64,000 nt of DNA, taken from positions 2,119-66,118 of the forward strand of contig VBIL01000168.1 in assembly GCA_005879975.1 (NCBI GenBank). Reading direction: 5' to 3'. Positions 55,796-64,000 of this stretch are shown here, in pieces. Each line of letters starts with the position of its first letter. Within the stretch, counting starts at the first letter, position 1. The position numbers and the translations under genes are program-made. Source of the DNA: Chloroflexota bacterium. GTDB lineage: Bacteria > Chloroflexota > Limnocylindria > P2-11E. A model generated the notes under the pieces. The model searched no databases. It saw only the letters and a program-made list of their open reading frames with translations, and was not told the DNA's origin.

Positions 55796-57329
55796 TTACG
55801 CGCTGATCTCGGGGTCGCCAGGCGTGTTCCCGATCGCGTCGCCACCGTGGTGCTCGGGGATCGCGGTCGTTGCGTCGGCCGCCGGGTTGTACAGCTGACC
55901 CTCGTCTGTCGTCAGGCCGGAGCTGTCTGCACTGGCCGCGTTGTACTGGCTCGCCTCGGCGCTCGAGAGGAAGGCATCGCCGCTCGTCCCACCACTATGG
56001 AAGGACGGCGAGTACGCCTCCGCCGAATCGACGTTCGGAATCGTGCCGTCGTCGGTGAAGTTCGTCGTCGCGGCCGTGCCGCGAAGGTCGACATCCGTGA
56101 CGTCGCGGACCGCGCGGATCTCGTCCCCGCTCGGGGTCGAAGCTGCGCCGCGAAGGTCGACGTCGGTGACGTCGCGGACCGCGCGGATCTCGTCCCCGCT
56201 GGGGGTCGAGGCCGTGCCGCGAAGGTCGACGTCCGTGACGTCGCGCACCGCGCGCACCGCGTCCGCGTCGGAGTTGGCGAGGTAGCCGGGACCGGCGAGG
56301 TCGTCGCCGCTGTAGGTGGATGAGCTGCTCACGTCTGGAGGCGCGATGTCGCGAAGGGCGCTGCGCATGGTGCCCTCGGTCGCGGCCGACGCGTTGCTTG
56401 CGTCGGCGGCGTTCTGGAACGCCCAGGCTTCAGGGCTTCCTTCGACAGGAGCGACCAGGCCGGTCCGAAGGTCGACGTCGTTGACGTCTCGCACGCCACT
56501 GTGCAGGCTGTCTTCACCGACGACACCGCTCCCGATGTCGGTCGGCGCGATGTCGTGGACCACGCTGCGAGCAGCGGTGTCCGTGTCGACGTCGATAACC
56601 GGCTTGATCGGATCGCCGAACGAACCCGGTTCGTGCTGGGCCACGCCGCCCGTGGCGTCGCCACCGATGCGCTCACCGGCACGCTGGGCCTGGTCCACGT
56701 TCGCGTTGGTCGCGAAGCTGCTCTCGCCCGCGATGCGCTCGCCCGCACGCTGGGCCTGGTCTACGTTCGCGTTGGTCGCGAAGCTGCTCTCGCCCGCGAT
56801 GCGCTCGCCCGCACGCTGGGCCTGGTCCACGTTTCGAGCTACTCGTGGTGTCGCCGGCGAGGCGCTCGCCACGTCGCTGGTCCATGTCCACATTTGCGCT
56901 TCGCGTCGCACTCATGTCGCTCGGGAAGCGCTCGCCGGCGTGGTGGGCTTGGTCGATGTTGGTGATGCTGCTGCCGCGCGTGACGTTGCCCGGGTCGACG
57001 ATGGCGTCGCGTGTCGCCGGATCGCCGACATTGGCGCCCGCAAGCCGACTGACACCCTGATCCGAGATCGCCGAGCCGCCGATGGACAGGCCGTCGACCG
57101 ATGATCGGTTGACGAGAGTGTCGGCACTGACCGAGAACGCCTTGCTCATCCGCTGATCGATCCCAAGGGACATCAACCGACCCGCGTCGCTCGCGCGAAT
57201 CGCGGTGACCTCCTCGGTCGTCAGCTTGAATCCGCGGAGCGCCGCCTCCGGGTTGGACTGCAGCAGGCGTCGGAACGCTGCATCGCTGATCGCACGCTGG
57301 ATGACCTTTTCGAGATTCTTACTCGACAT
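55796..57329 (-). CDS. NHLP/Nif11-like leader domain fused to long Asp/Thr/Ser-rich tandem-repeat protein (reading frame interrupted inside a degenerate repeat copy)
   Basis: The start is an ATG with an AGGAG ribosome-binding site (MSSKNLEKVIQRAISDAAFRRLLQSNPEAALRGFKLTTEEVTAIRASD...), with a Gly-Gly at residues 84-85. The N-terminal 168 aa are in the frame of ORF 56673..57347. The remaining ~370 aa (3x NVDQAQRAGERIAGESSFATNA, 3x AVRDVTDVDLRGTASTPSGDEIR) are in the frame of ORF 55796..56911. The two frames overlap 56673-56911, and the frame switch must fall within a divergent repeat copy at about 56834-56911. Confidence 0.5.
56088..56290 (-). repeat. Tandem array of ~3 copies of a 69 bp unit (encodes AVRDVTDVDLRGTASTPSGDEIR)
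   Basis: The units gccgcgaaggtcgacRtcSgtgacgtcgcggaccgcgcggatctcgtccccgctSggggtcgaRgcYgY repeat with under 8% divergence. The third copy degenerates. Confidence 0.8.
56666..56870 (-). repeat. Tandem array of 3 copies of a 66 bp unit (encodes NVDQAQRAGERIAGESSFATNA), third copy degenerate
   Basis: Copies at 56666-56731 and 56732-56797 differ at 3 positions. The copy from 56798 diverges after 36 nt. Confidence 0.8.
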
Positions 57330-57460
57330 CGCTGCTCCTTCTTTCATCGTCCTTGGTAGGACGATGAGCCTGCGCCGTCGCCTTTGGCGGCTCGTCGCCC
57401 TGTATCACTCGCGCTCTGTGATCTACCTAACCTTCCTCCTTCCCTGTGCGCGCCCGTGCC

Positions 57461-57676
57461 CTACTCGAGCTCCGGCATGGGCACCGGCTCGCCTCTCGGC
57501 CGACAGACCCCGCAATGAACCGCATCCTCGACCACCAGCGCGCGGAGGCCATCGTGACGCGTCCCGCGGACCAGCTCGAGGATGAATGGATGATTCTTGG
57601 CGTGCTCGCGGCAGGTCCCGCGGCCACAGAACCTACAAGCCGCCAGCGCCGTCCTCTCGCAAATCCAGCAGTCCAC
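57461..57676 (-). CDS. small Cys-rich zinc-ribbon protein (71 aa)
   Basis: The protein is MDCWICERTALAACRFCGRGTCREHA...HCGVC, which gives three CxxC-type pairs. Its ATG overlaps the stop of the upstream gene by 1 nt. Confidence 0.5.
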   Translation of the reverse strand: MDCWICERTALAACRFCGRGTCREHAKNHPFILELVRGTRHDGLRALVVEDAVHCGVCRPRGEPVPMPELE

Positions 57677-59811
57677 TAGGCTCCCGCCACCGCCTCCCCC
57701 AACCCGGCCCCAACATAATGGCCCGTTCGCGCACGGAATTCACGCTCTGTTTCGCCGGAGCCCCGGACCAAGGCCAGGAAGTCGTTACGTTCGAGCGCCG
57801 CCACCACGAGGGGTCCGACCGCGCTGACCGTCGCCGACCGAGGCCTTCCGAAGAGGAGCGCGAGGTCACCAAACCCGTCCCCTGGACCGAGCGTCCGCGC
57901 CGGCCGACCGTCGGGCAACGTAACGAGGGCCTTGCCCTCCCGGATGATGTAGTAGCGATCGCCCGGCTCCCCCGCGAAGAAGACCGTTTCGCCGTCTCCG
58001 AACCGCTGTGTTTGCAGCCGAGCGGCGATGCGGTCGAGCTCCTGACCGTTCAATCCCTTGAAGAAGGGAAGCGTCGCGAGCGCATCCCGCTCGCCCCGCG
58101 AGGCGCGAATGCGCGCGACGACCTCGTAGCGGTCCTTCACCCAACGGTTGAAGTGGCCCCTGCCGAGCGACCAGAGCTCGACCGGTTCGATCGCTTGGAC
58201 CGTCGCCGAGCGGACCGTCCGATCGAGGAGCGCCAACTCCCCAAAACCTTCTCCCGGGATGATCGTCCCGAACTCCGTGCCGTCCGGGGCGATGGCCCGC
58301 AATCGGCCTGAACGCACGAGATAGAACCGATCGCCCGCGCTCCCCTCGGCGAACACGATCTGCCCTTCGCCGTAGCTCTCGACCTTGAGATGCGACGCGA
58401 GCGCGGCCAGGGCCGGGCGCTGCAGGCCGGCGAGGAAGCGGACTCGTGCGAGAAGAGCGATGCGCGCTCCGAGCTCGCGTTGCGCCGCCCGGGCCCGCCG
58501 TGATGCGGCGAGACGTGTCGCCGTCCGGACGGTGGCGACGCCCCGCGCGACCAGTGCGACCGCGAGCGGACCGACGAAAACCAGAGCGATGAGCGCGAGG
58601 ATCAGCGCGCCGACCGGTCCGAGCGCGAGGAGCTCTCGGGCCGCGATTCCGATGCGCGTCTGCCAGATAAGAAGGGACAGTGCCAGCGTCGCAAGCGAAA
58701 TGAAGATGGCCACTGTTCCGAAGATCGCGAGGCCGATCTCCTCCCGCGACCAGCGCGCGCGCCGGCGGAGCTTGTTGACGGCTTGCCCACGCACAAAGGC
58801 GAGCGCGCGCGGGCGCAGAAAAGGTGCGTCGAGTGCATCGACGAGCACGTGGTAGCCGTCGAGCTCCAGGATCGGGAGAAGGTTCAGAACGAACTGGAAG
58901 ATAAGCAGGCTCGAGGCCTTGAACGCGATCGCGCCGGCCAGGCTGTCAGGGGCGATCTCGGTGACGAGGCCGCAGCCGGCAGCGACCGTGAGGCCAGCCA
59001 GGGGTCCAGCGAGCGACACGATCACACGTTGCCGTCGCGACCCAAGGCTCATGTCGGTCGAGTCGACGTAGAAGCACGGGAAGAGGTAATACATCGCGAC
59101 CCCGAACTTGCGCACGTGGCGCCCGAAGTGGCGGATCGCGAGGGCGTGGCCGGCCTCGTGGATCGAGATCGACACGACCTGCAACAGCGTGAGTGCGATC
59201 AGACCAAGTACGTAGGACCCGTTGAGCGTGACGAGCTGGTGGATGGGCGATCGTGTCTGCTGGAACCAGAGCGCGAGGCCGAGAAGCGCGAACCCGATCA
59301 GGATCCCGGCGCCGACCCTCGTGAACGCCACCCACCCGATCAGACGGTAGACGCGGTCCACCGTTCCGTCAGCATTGGTCCAGCGGGCGATATCCCAGAC
59401 GATCAGACGGCGTAACCAGAGCGACAGTCGCGTCAGAGGATCGCGCCGTGCGCGGATCGCCCCGAGCTTCTCGTAGAGCGGCGGCGGCTCCTCGCCGAAG
59501 AAGCCGTTCACGCGGAGCGCGCTCGTGAGTCGGGCGAGCCGCTCGAGCGCAAAGGTGCCCGAGCGCTCGAGGTGGTCGACCAGGATCTCCTGCACGGAGC
59601 GTCGGCCGTCCATGAGCTCATAGAGAGCGACATCGGCCGGTTCGAGCCGCGCGTAACGGCCCGCGCCCCCATCGCCGTGCGGGTTCTTCAGCACCGTGTA
59701 CCGTCCGCCGCCGCGCCGAGTGAGATCGGCACGTTCGATGTCAGGCAGCGGTGTCGGAATGAAGGTCGCGTAGTCGAGGCGACTACGCAGGACCTCCCAG
59801 ACGTCGACCAT
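57676..59811 (-). CDS. Multidomain membrane protein: N-terminal PqqD-like (RRE-like) domain + M50 site-2-protease membrane domain + two C-terminal cyclic-nucleotide-binding domains
   Basis: A strong ribosome-binding site (GAGGAGGGGAA) precedes the ATG at 59811 (MVDVWEV). The N-terminus resembles PqqD/RRE (ARLEPADVALYELMDGRRSVQEILVDHL). The transmembrane core has HExxH (VSISIHEAGHALAIRHFG) and the S2P NxxPxxxLDG motif (VLNLLPILELDGYHV). Two cNMP-binding domains follow (GEGFGELALLDRTVRSATVQA and GDGFGDLALLFGRPRSATVSA). Confidence 0.75.
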   Translation of the reverse strand: MVDVWEVLRSRLDYATFIPTPLPDIERADLTRRGGGRYTVLKNPHGDGGAGRYARLEPADVALYELMDGRRSVQEILVDHLERSGTFALERLARLTSALRVNGFFGEEPPPLYEKLGAIRARRDPLTRLSLWLRRLIVWDIARWTNADGTVDRVYRLIGWVAFTRVGAGILIGFALLGLALWFQQTRSPIHQLVTLNGSYVLGLIALTLLQVVSISIHEAGHALAIRHFGRHVRKFGVAMYYLFPCFYVDSTDMSLGSRRQRVIVSLAGPLAGLTVAAGCGLVTEIAPDSLAGAIAFKASSLLIFQFVLNLLPILELDGYHVLVDALDAPFLRPRALAFVRGQAVNKLRRRARWSREEIGLAIFGTVAIFISLATLALSLLIWQTRIGIAARELLALGPVGALILALIALVFVGPLAVALVARGVATVRTATRLAASRRARAAQRELGARIALLARVRFLAGLQRPALAALASHLKVESYGEGQIVFAEGSAGDRFYLVRSGRLRAIAPDGTEFGTIIPGEGFGELALLDRTVRSATVQAIEPVELWSLGRGHFNRWVKDRYEVVARIRASRGERDALATLPFFKGLNGQELDRIAARLQTQRFGDGETVFFAGEPGDRYYIIREGKALVTLPDGRPARTLGPGDGFGDLALLFGRPRSATVSAVGPLVVAALERNDFLALVRGSGETEREFRARTGHYVGAGLGEAVAGA

Positions 59812-60016
59812 TCCCCTCCTCGTTCGCAGGGAGCGTACGACGGCGACGAGCACAGGTCTATGGAATGTCGACAACGTCGGCCGCCTGATGTAACAGAAAA
59901 ACGCGAGCGAGCCTGAACCCGACACAACCACCTTCGTCGGATCGCATCCGATCGGCGTGGACCCGCTGTCACTCCGCGCGCAAGGCGTTCCGGCGGTTTC
60001 GTTACTGTGAGCGCTG

Positions 60017-61180
60017 ATGGGGTCGGCCGAGACGCTCCCACTCCTCTTCTACGCCGACGCATACCGCTTCCCGGACGTGTACCACACGACCAAGTTCCTC
60101 TCACCCGATGCGATCATCGCGCTCGAAGATGTTGAGGAGCTCGTGATCGTCGCGAGCTCGCTCGAGGAAGGTCGCGTCCGCAAGGAGTCGCGCGCGACGA
60201 ATGTCCTGAACATGAATGACTTCGGCGCGCAGGACCTCGCCGCCAAAGGCCTGAGTGGCGCGGAGTTCTTCGCGGAGATCATGAAGCGTTTTCTTGGGGA
60301 GCGCGGTCTTCGCCGCGTTGCGGTCGCGCCGTATTTCCCGGTCGCCGAAGCCGATCTGCTTCGCGAGGCTGGCATTGAGATCGTGATCGCGAAGGACCTT
60401 CGCGAGCGCCGCAGGGTCAAGCGTCCTGACGAGATCGCGGCGATCGAGGCGTCGCAGCGGGCGACCGAGGAGGCCTGGCGCGAGGGTGTCGCCGCGATCC
60501 GCCGCGCGAAAGTACGCCCGGACAGGACGCTCGAGCTCGACGGCGCCGTGTTCACGGCCGAGCGACTGCGGACGATCGTAGAGACCGCGCTCCTCGAGCG
60601 CGGCTGCGCCTCTGAGGGCGCGATCTGCGCCCCCGGACCTCAGGCCGCGGATCCGCACCAGATCGGGACCGGTCCTCTGCACGCCGGCGAGCCGATCGTC
60701 ATGGACATCTTCCCGCAACACAAGACGACCCGGTATTGGGCGGATATGACGCGCACGGTCAGCAAGGGGGAACCCTCGAAGGAGATCCGCAAGATGTACG
60801 AGGTCGTGATGCATGCTCAGGACGAGGGCATCCGCGCGCTCCGTCCCGGCGTGACCGGACGCGAGGTGCACGAGCTCGTCGAGGACATCATCTGGGACGC
60901 CGGCTACGACACGCAGCGTTCCGGCCAGAAGCGCGACCCCACAGATAAGACGCCCCGCGGCTTCATTCACGGGACAGGGCACGGTGTCGGCCTCGAGATC
61001 CACGAGGCGCCGGCGATCTCTCGCTCGGGTGCGAAGCCGCTCGTAACCGGCGACGTTGTGACGATCGAGCCCGGCATCTACGACCCGGCCATTGGCGGCG
61101 TGCGTCTCGAGGACATGCTCGTCATCACCCCGGACGGCGCGCGCAACCTCACTCAAGCGCCTCGCGAGCTCGTCATCTAA
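60017..61180 (+). CDS. M24-family metallopeptidase (Xaa-Pro aminopeptidase/dipeptidase-like)
   Basis: A creatinase-type N-domain is followed by an M24 catalytic domain with metal ligands (DIFPQHKTTRYWADMTRT, HGTGHGVGLEIHE, IEPGIY, LEDM). Confidence 0.8.
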   Translation: MGSAETLPLLFYADAYRFPDVYHTTKFLSPDAIIALEDVEELVIVASSLEEGRVRKESRATNVLNMNDFGAQDLAAKGLSGAEFFAEIMKRFLGERGLRRVAVAPYFPVAEADLLREAGIEIVIAKDLRERRRVKRPDEIAAIEASQRATEEAWREGVAAIRRAKVRPDRTLELDGAVFTAERLRTIVETALLERGCASEGAICAPGPQAADPHQIGTGPLHAGEPIVMDIFPQHKTTRYWADMTRTVSKGEPSKEIRKMYEVVMHAQDEGIRALRPGVTGREVHELVEDIIWDAGYDTQRSGQKRDPTDKTPRGFIHGTGHGVGLEIHEAPAISRSGAKPLVTGDVVTIEPGIYDPAIGGVRLEDMLVITPDGARNLTQAPRELVI

Positions 61181-61218
61181 AGCAAAGCAGCTGGAAGCGC
61201 TCCTCTTCGGCGTGGGCG

Positions 61219-62051
61219 CGGCGGTCGTCTGGGGTTTCGCCGATTACGCGGCGGCTCTCGCGGCGCGCCGGGTGGGCGCGGTGCGCACCGCTTTCGGGAT
61301 GCAGACCACCGGGCTCCTCTCGTTCGCGATCGTGCTCGCGGCGCTCGGACGCTGGCCGTCGCTCGAGTCCGGCGAAGCTCCCTACGCACTCGCGCTCGGC
61401 GTCCTCGGCGTGGCCTCGGTCTCGGCGCTCTATCGCGCGCTCGCGCTCGGACCGGTCGCCGTGGTCGCGCCCGTCGTTGCGTCGTATGTCGCGGTCACCG
61501 TCTTCCTGGTCGTCATCTTCCTCGGCGAGCGGCTATCCGTAGCGCAGCTGGTCGCCGCGACGGTCGTCTTCATCGGTGTTGTGACCACCTCGACCGATTC
61601 GCGCCAGCTTCGCGCGACGCTGGGCCGTCCGATCCCCGGGGTGCAGGTCGGGTTACTCGCGACGGTCGGGTTCGGCATCTGGGGCGCGATCTTCGCCGCC
61701 GCGACGCGAGCCTACCCCTGGCCCGCGGTCATCCTCGTGCTCCGCGCCGCGAGCGTGCTGATCGTCAGCGCGTTCGTGATCCTTCGGCACATCGACCTCA
61801 CCGTATTCCGGGATCGCCGCGCGCTCGCGCTCGCGACGACCGTCGGCGTGCTGGACACGTTCGCGAACGCGCTCTTCGCTTTGGGGATCCAGTCCGGCTC
61901 CGCGTCGATCGCCGCGAGCGGTAGCGGCGCGTACCCGATCATCCCGGCGATCCTCGGAGTAGTCGCGCTACGCGAGCGGCTCGCGCCGAACCAGTACGTC
62001 GGGATCGCGATCCTTATCTCGGGGCTCGTCGCGCTCGGCGCGGTGAGCTAA
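61219..62051 (+). CDS. EamA/DMT-family transporter; start codon uncertain
   Basis: The protein has ten hydrophobic helices and an EamA-like N-terminus (LLFGVGAAVVWGFADYAAA). The frame is open from the M24 stop region with no ATG. The first in-frame GTG is near 61219. Confidence 0.55.
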
Positions 62052-63412
62052 GCGGCGAGCTGAAGCTCGAGCGACGAGCTGGAGCGGGCGATCTTCGCCT
62101 TGAGGAACGCGACCGCTGCGTCCAGCTGCGAGTCGCCCTGCGCGCCGGTCGGTTGGTCGATGACCTGATCCGGGACGATGCCCCGCGTCGGCCCGTTCAG
62201 CTCGGCTCCGGTCTTAGCGTCCTGGATCTTCGTAATGGTCACGAGGAGCAGTCCGCCGTTCGGGAGATCGCGCGGCTGTCCCGTGCCGACGCACCCCGCC
62301 GTCTGGGTGCCCATGACGATGCCGGCGTCGTTCGCACGGATGCCTGCCGCGATGATCTCCGCGCCCGACGCCGAGTTGTGGTTGACCAGCACGACGAGCG
62401 GCTTCTGCTTCGGGAAGTAGAAGCGCTTGTTCACGTCAAGCGGCGTGCGGTTCCCGTCGCGGCCGGTCTGGTACACGAGCGTGCCCTGCCGCACGAAGAT
62501 GCTCGCGATGTCGACCGCGGCCGAGAGATCGCCGCCCGGGTCGCTGCGCAGATCGAGAACGATCGCGTCGGCGCCGCCGGCGTCGAGGCGCTTCACCGCG
62601 GCCGAGACCTCGTCCGCCACCGCGCCAACGAGCTGCGGGACGACGATGCGCCCGATGTTCCCCTCGATCAGCGTGTCGGTCTCCAGCGGGACCGCGAAAC
62701 GCGCGCGATTCATCGTGTAGGAGTAGCTAGCCTGTCCGCGCAGGACACCGATGGTCACCGGCGTGCCCTCCGCGCCGCGGACCTTGTTGGCGACCTCCTC
62801 CGTCTGCAGATTGGTGACGTCCTGCCCATCCACGGTGACGATCTTGTCGCCCTCTTTGAGCCCTGCGCGCTCCGCAGGGGTTCCCGGGTATACGCGCACG
62901 ACCTCGATCGGCGCGTCTACGGCAGGCTTGTTGATCTGCACGCCGATCCCCGAGACCGGGGGCTGCGGCTGGTTGAAGCTCTTGGCTCGCGTCGGGTCGA
63001 GGTAATAGGTATGGCATTCGTTCATCGATTTCGCCATGCCGTCGACAGCCGCGCCTTCGATCTTGGTCTTGTCCGCGCTGGGTGTGGCGGCGGCGATCGC
63101 GTCCAGGCGGTCGGAGAACTTCGCGAAATCGGACCATGTGCTGCCGGTGAGGTTGAGCGGCGACGACGGCAACCCGGCGTCGGTCGCACCTTCCTTCTTC
63201 GCCTCCGCGACCGCCCCGTCCAGCGCTCCAGTGAGCAGCGTCTTGGACGAGGGCTTGTCGACATGCCGCTCGATCAGCACCTGATAGGCCGCCTCGGCGG
63301 TCTTGTACAACGTGTTGGAGGGGAGAAGCTCCCGCTGCAGCTCCGCTGGGACGAGCGAGCATGCCGCAGCGATGAATGCGATGAGGGGGAGCAACGTGCG
63401 GAGACGGATCAC
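62048..63412 (-). CDS. S41-family C-terminal processing peptidase (Ctp/Prc-like) lipoprotein
   Basis: A signal peptide and lipobox (LIAFIAAAC) are followed by a PDZ domain (GIGVQINKP...VVRVYPGTPAERAGLKEGDKIVTVDG) and the S41 catalytic region (LVNHNSASGAEIIAAGIRAN). Confidence 0.8.
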   Translation of the reverse strand: MIRLRTLLPLIAFIAAACSLVPAELQRELLPSNTLYKTAEAAYQVLIERHVDKPSSKTLLTGALDGAVAEAKKEGATDAGLPSSPLNLTGSTWSDFAKFSDRLDAIAAATPSADKTKIEGAAVDGMAKSMNECHTYYLDPTRAKSFNQPQPPVSGIGVQINKPAVDAPIEVVRVYPGTPAERAGLKEGDKIVTVDGQDVTNLQTEEVANKVRGAEGTPVTIGVLRGQASYSYTMNRARFAVPLETDTLIEGNIGRIVVPQLVGAVADEVSAAVKRLDAGGADAIVLDLRSDPGGDLSAAVDIASIFVRQGTLVYQTGRDGNRTPLDVNKRFYFPKQKPLVVLVNHNSASGAEIIAAGIRANDAGIVMGTQTAGCVGTGQPRDLPNGGLLLVTITKIQDAKTGAELNGPTRGIVPDQVIDQPTGAQGDSQLDAAVAFLKAKIARSSSSLELQLAA

Positions 63413-63455
63413 GGAATCTTTATCAAGCAGTCTACGGGCGGCGCCGATCAGCGGT

Positions 63456-64000
63456 TCAGGCGACCTCGGTCGTTAAGAGCTTTCTTAGGCGACCAAGCGC
63501 GCGGAACTGCAACGCGCGGATCGCGCCCTCGTTCTTGCCCAACACCTGCGCGACCTGACGGCTCGACATGTTCTCGACGAAACGCAGCACGATGACTTCC
63601 TGCTGCTCGGTGGTGAGATGCTTCACCGCACCGCGCAGGGCGTCGACTGCCTCGCCATGGACCGCGCGCTCGTGCGCGGTCGGTCCCTCTTCGGCGACGC
63701 CGAACGCGTTGTCCAGGTCGACGGTGGGCCGTTCACGCCGCCGTCGATCGGTGACCGCGTTGCGCGCGATCGTGTAGAGCCATGCGAGGAACGATTTGCC
63801 CTGCCAGCGATAGCGATGGATGTTCGCAAATGCGCGAGTGAAGACCTCGCTCGTGAGGTCCTCAGCGTCAGAAGGCTCGCGGACGCGGTACAGCAGATAG
63901 CGGTAGACGGAGTCCACGTGGCGGTCGTAGAGCTCGGCGAACGCGCCGCGATCGCCCGCGCGAGCGCGCGCGATGATGTCGGGGACCGGCCCGATGGCCT
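63456..64000 (-). CDS. ECF-subfamily sigma-70 factor (5' end beyond window)
   Basis: Region 2 (DAEDLTSEVFTRAFANIHRY) and region 4 (MSSRQVAQVLGKNEGAIRALQFRALGRLRKLL) are present. The frame stays open to the window edge upstream of the track ORF M (…RAGDRGAFAELYDRHVDSVYRY). Confidence 0.7.
   Translation of the reverse strand, partial: AIGPVPDIIARARAGDRGAFAELYDRHVDSVYRYLLYRVREPSDAEDLTSEVFTRAFANIHRYRWQGKSFLAWLYTIARNAVTDRRRRERPTVDLDNAFGVAEEGPTAHERAVHGEAVDALRGAVKHLTTEQQEVIVLRFVENMSSRQVAQVLGKNEGAIRALQFRALGRLRKLLTTEVA

Noticed and set aside
56088-56870. Possible CRISPR array, suggested by the regular direct repeats.
   Set aside because: The repeats are contiguous with no unique spacers, they are 66-69 bp long, and they translate in frame as a protein repeat. 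No cas genes are nearby.

Overview
This is a 64 kb, gene-dense segment of a high-GC bacterial chromosome, roughly 68-71% GC by eye. Genes often overlap by 4 nt (ATGA/GTGA junctions). Several proteins carry twin-arginine (Tat) export signals and one carries an LPNTA sortase sorting signal, which suggests a Gram-positive, actinobacterium-like host. I did not compute anything formally.

I call about 75 protein-coding genes and no rRNA, tRNA or CRISPR. The content is catabolic, redox and regulatory:
- (1) Three separate xanthine-dehydrogenase/CO-dehydrogenase-family molybdenum hydroxylase clusters, each with a 2Fe-2S small, a Mo large and an FAD medium subunit. They sit at 6047-9848, 16986-21467 (Tat-exported, atypical composition) and 26738-31195 (a phosphoribosyltransferase gene between S and L, IclR upstream, a MocA-like cofactor gene downstream). 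An XdhC maturation factor lies at 15251-16366.
- (2) An orphan Tat-exported 4x[4Fe-4S] ferredoxin plus membrane cytochrome b module at 24310-26043.
- (3) Five ECF-type sigma factor genes. One long form has tandem YciI-like genes, one is translationally coupled to ogt, and one forms a sigma/anti-sigma/ABC-exporter operon.
- (4) Transporters (EamA, LysE x2, MFS, MacB-like ABC, ABC-2), hydrolases (amidohydrolase, alkaline-phosphatase family, M24 and S41 peptidases), and stress/redox proteins.

The most unusual locus is a minus-strand operon at 55796-59811. It encodes a three-domain protein (PqqD-like RiPP-recognition element, M50 site-2-protease membrane domain, two cNMP-binding domains), a small zinc-ribbon protein, and a protein with an NHLP/Nif11-like leader joined to about 450 aa of Asp/Thr/Ser-rich near-perfect tandem repeats. 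I propose it as a candidate undescribed leader-dependent intramembrane-processing system.

Several genes look disrupted: a PaaK-like gene, a VOC gene with a frameshift in a homopolymer, a DUF385 remnant, the repeat protein, and two genes with no canonical start codon. These are either real pseudogenes or indel errors in the assembly.
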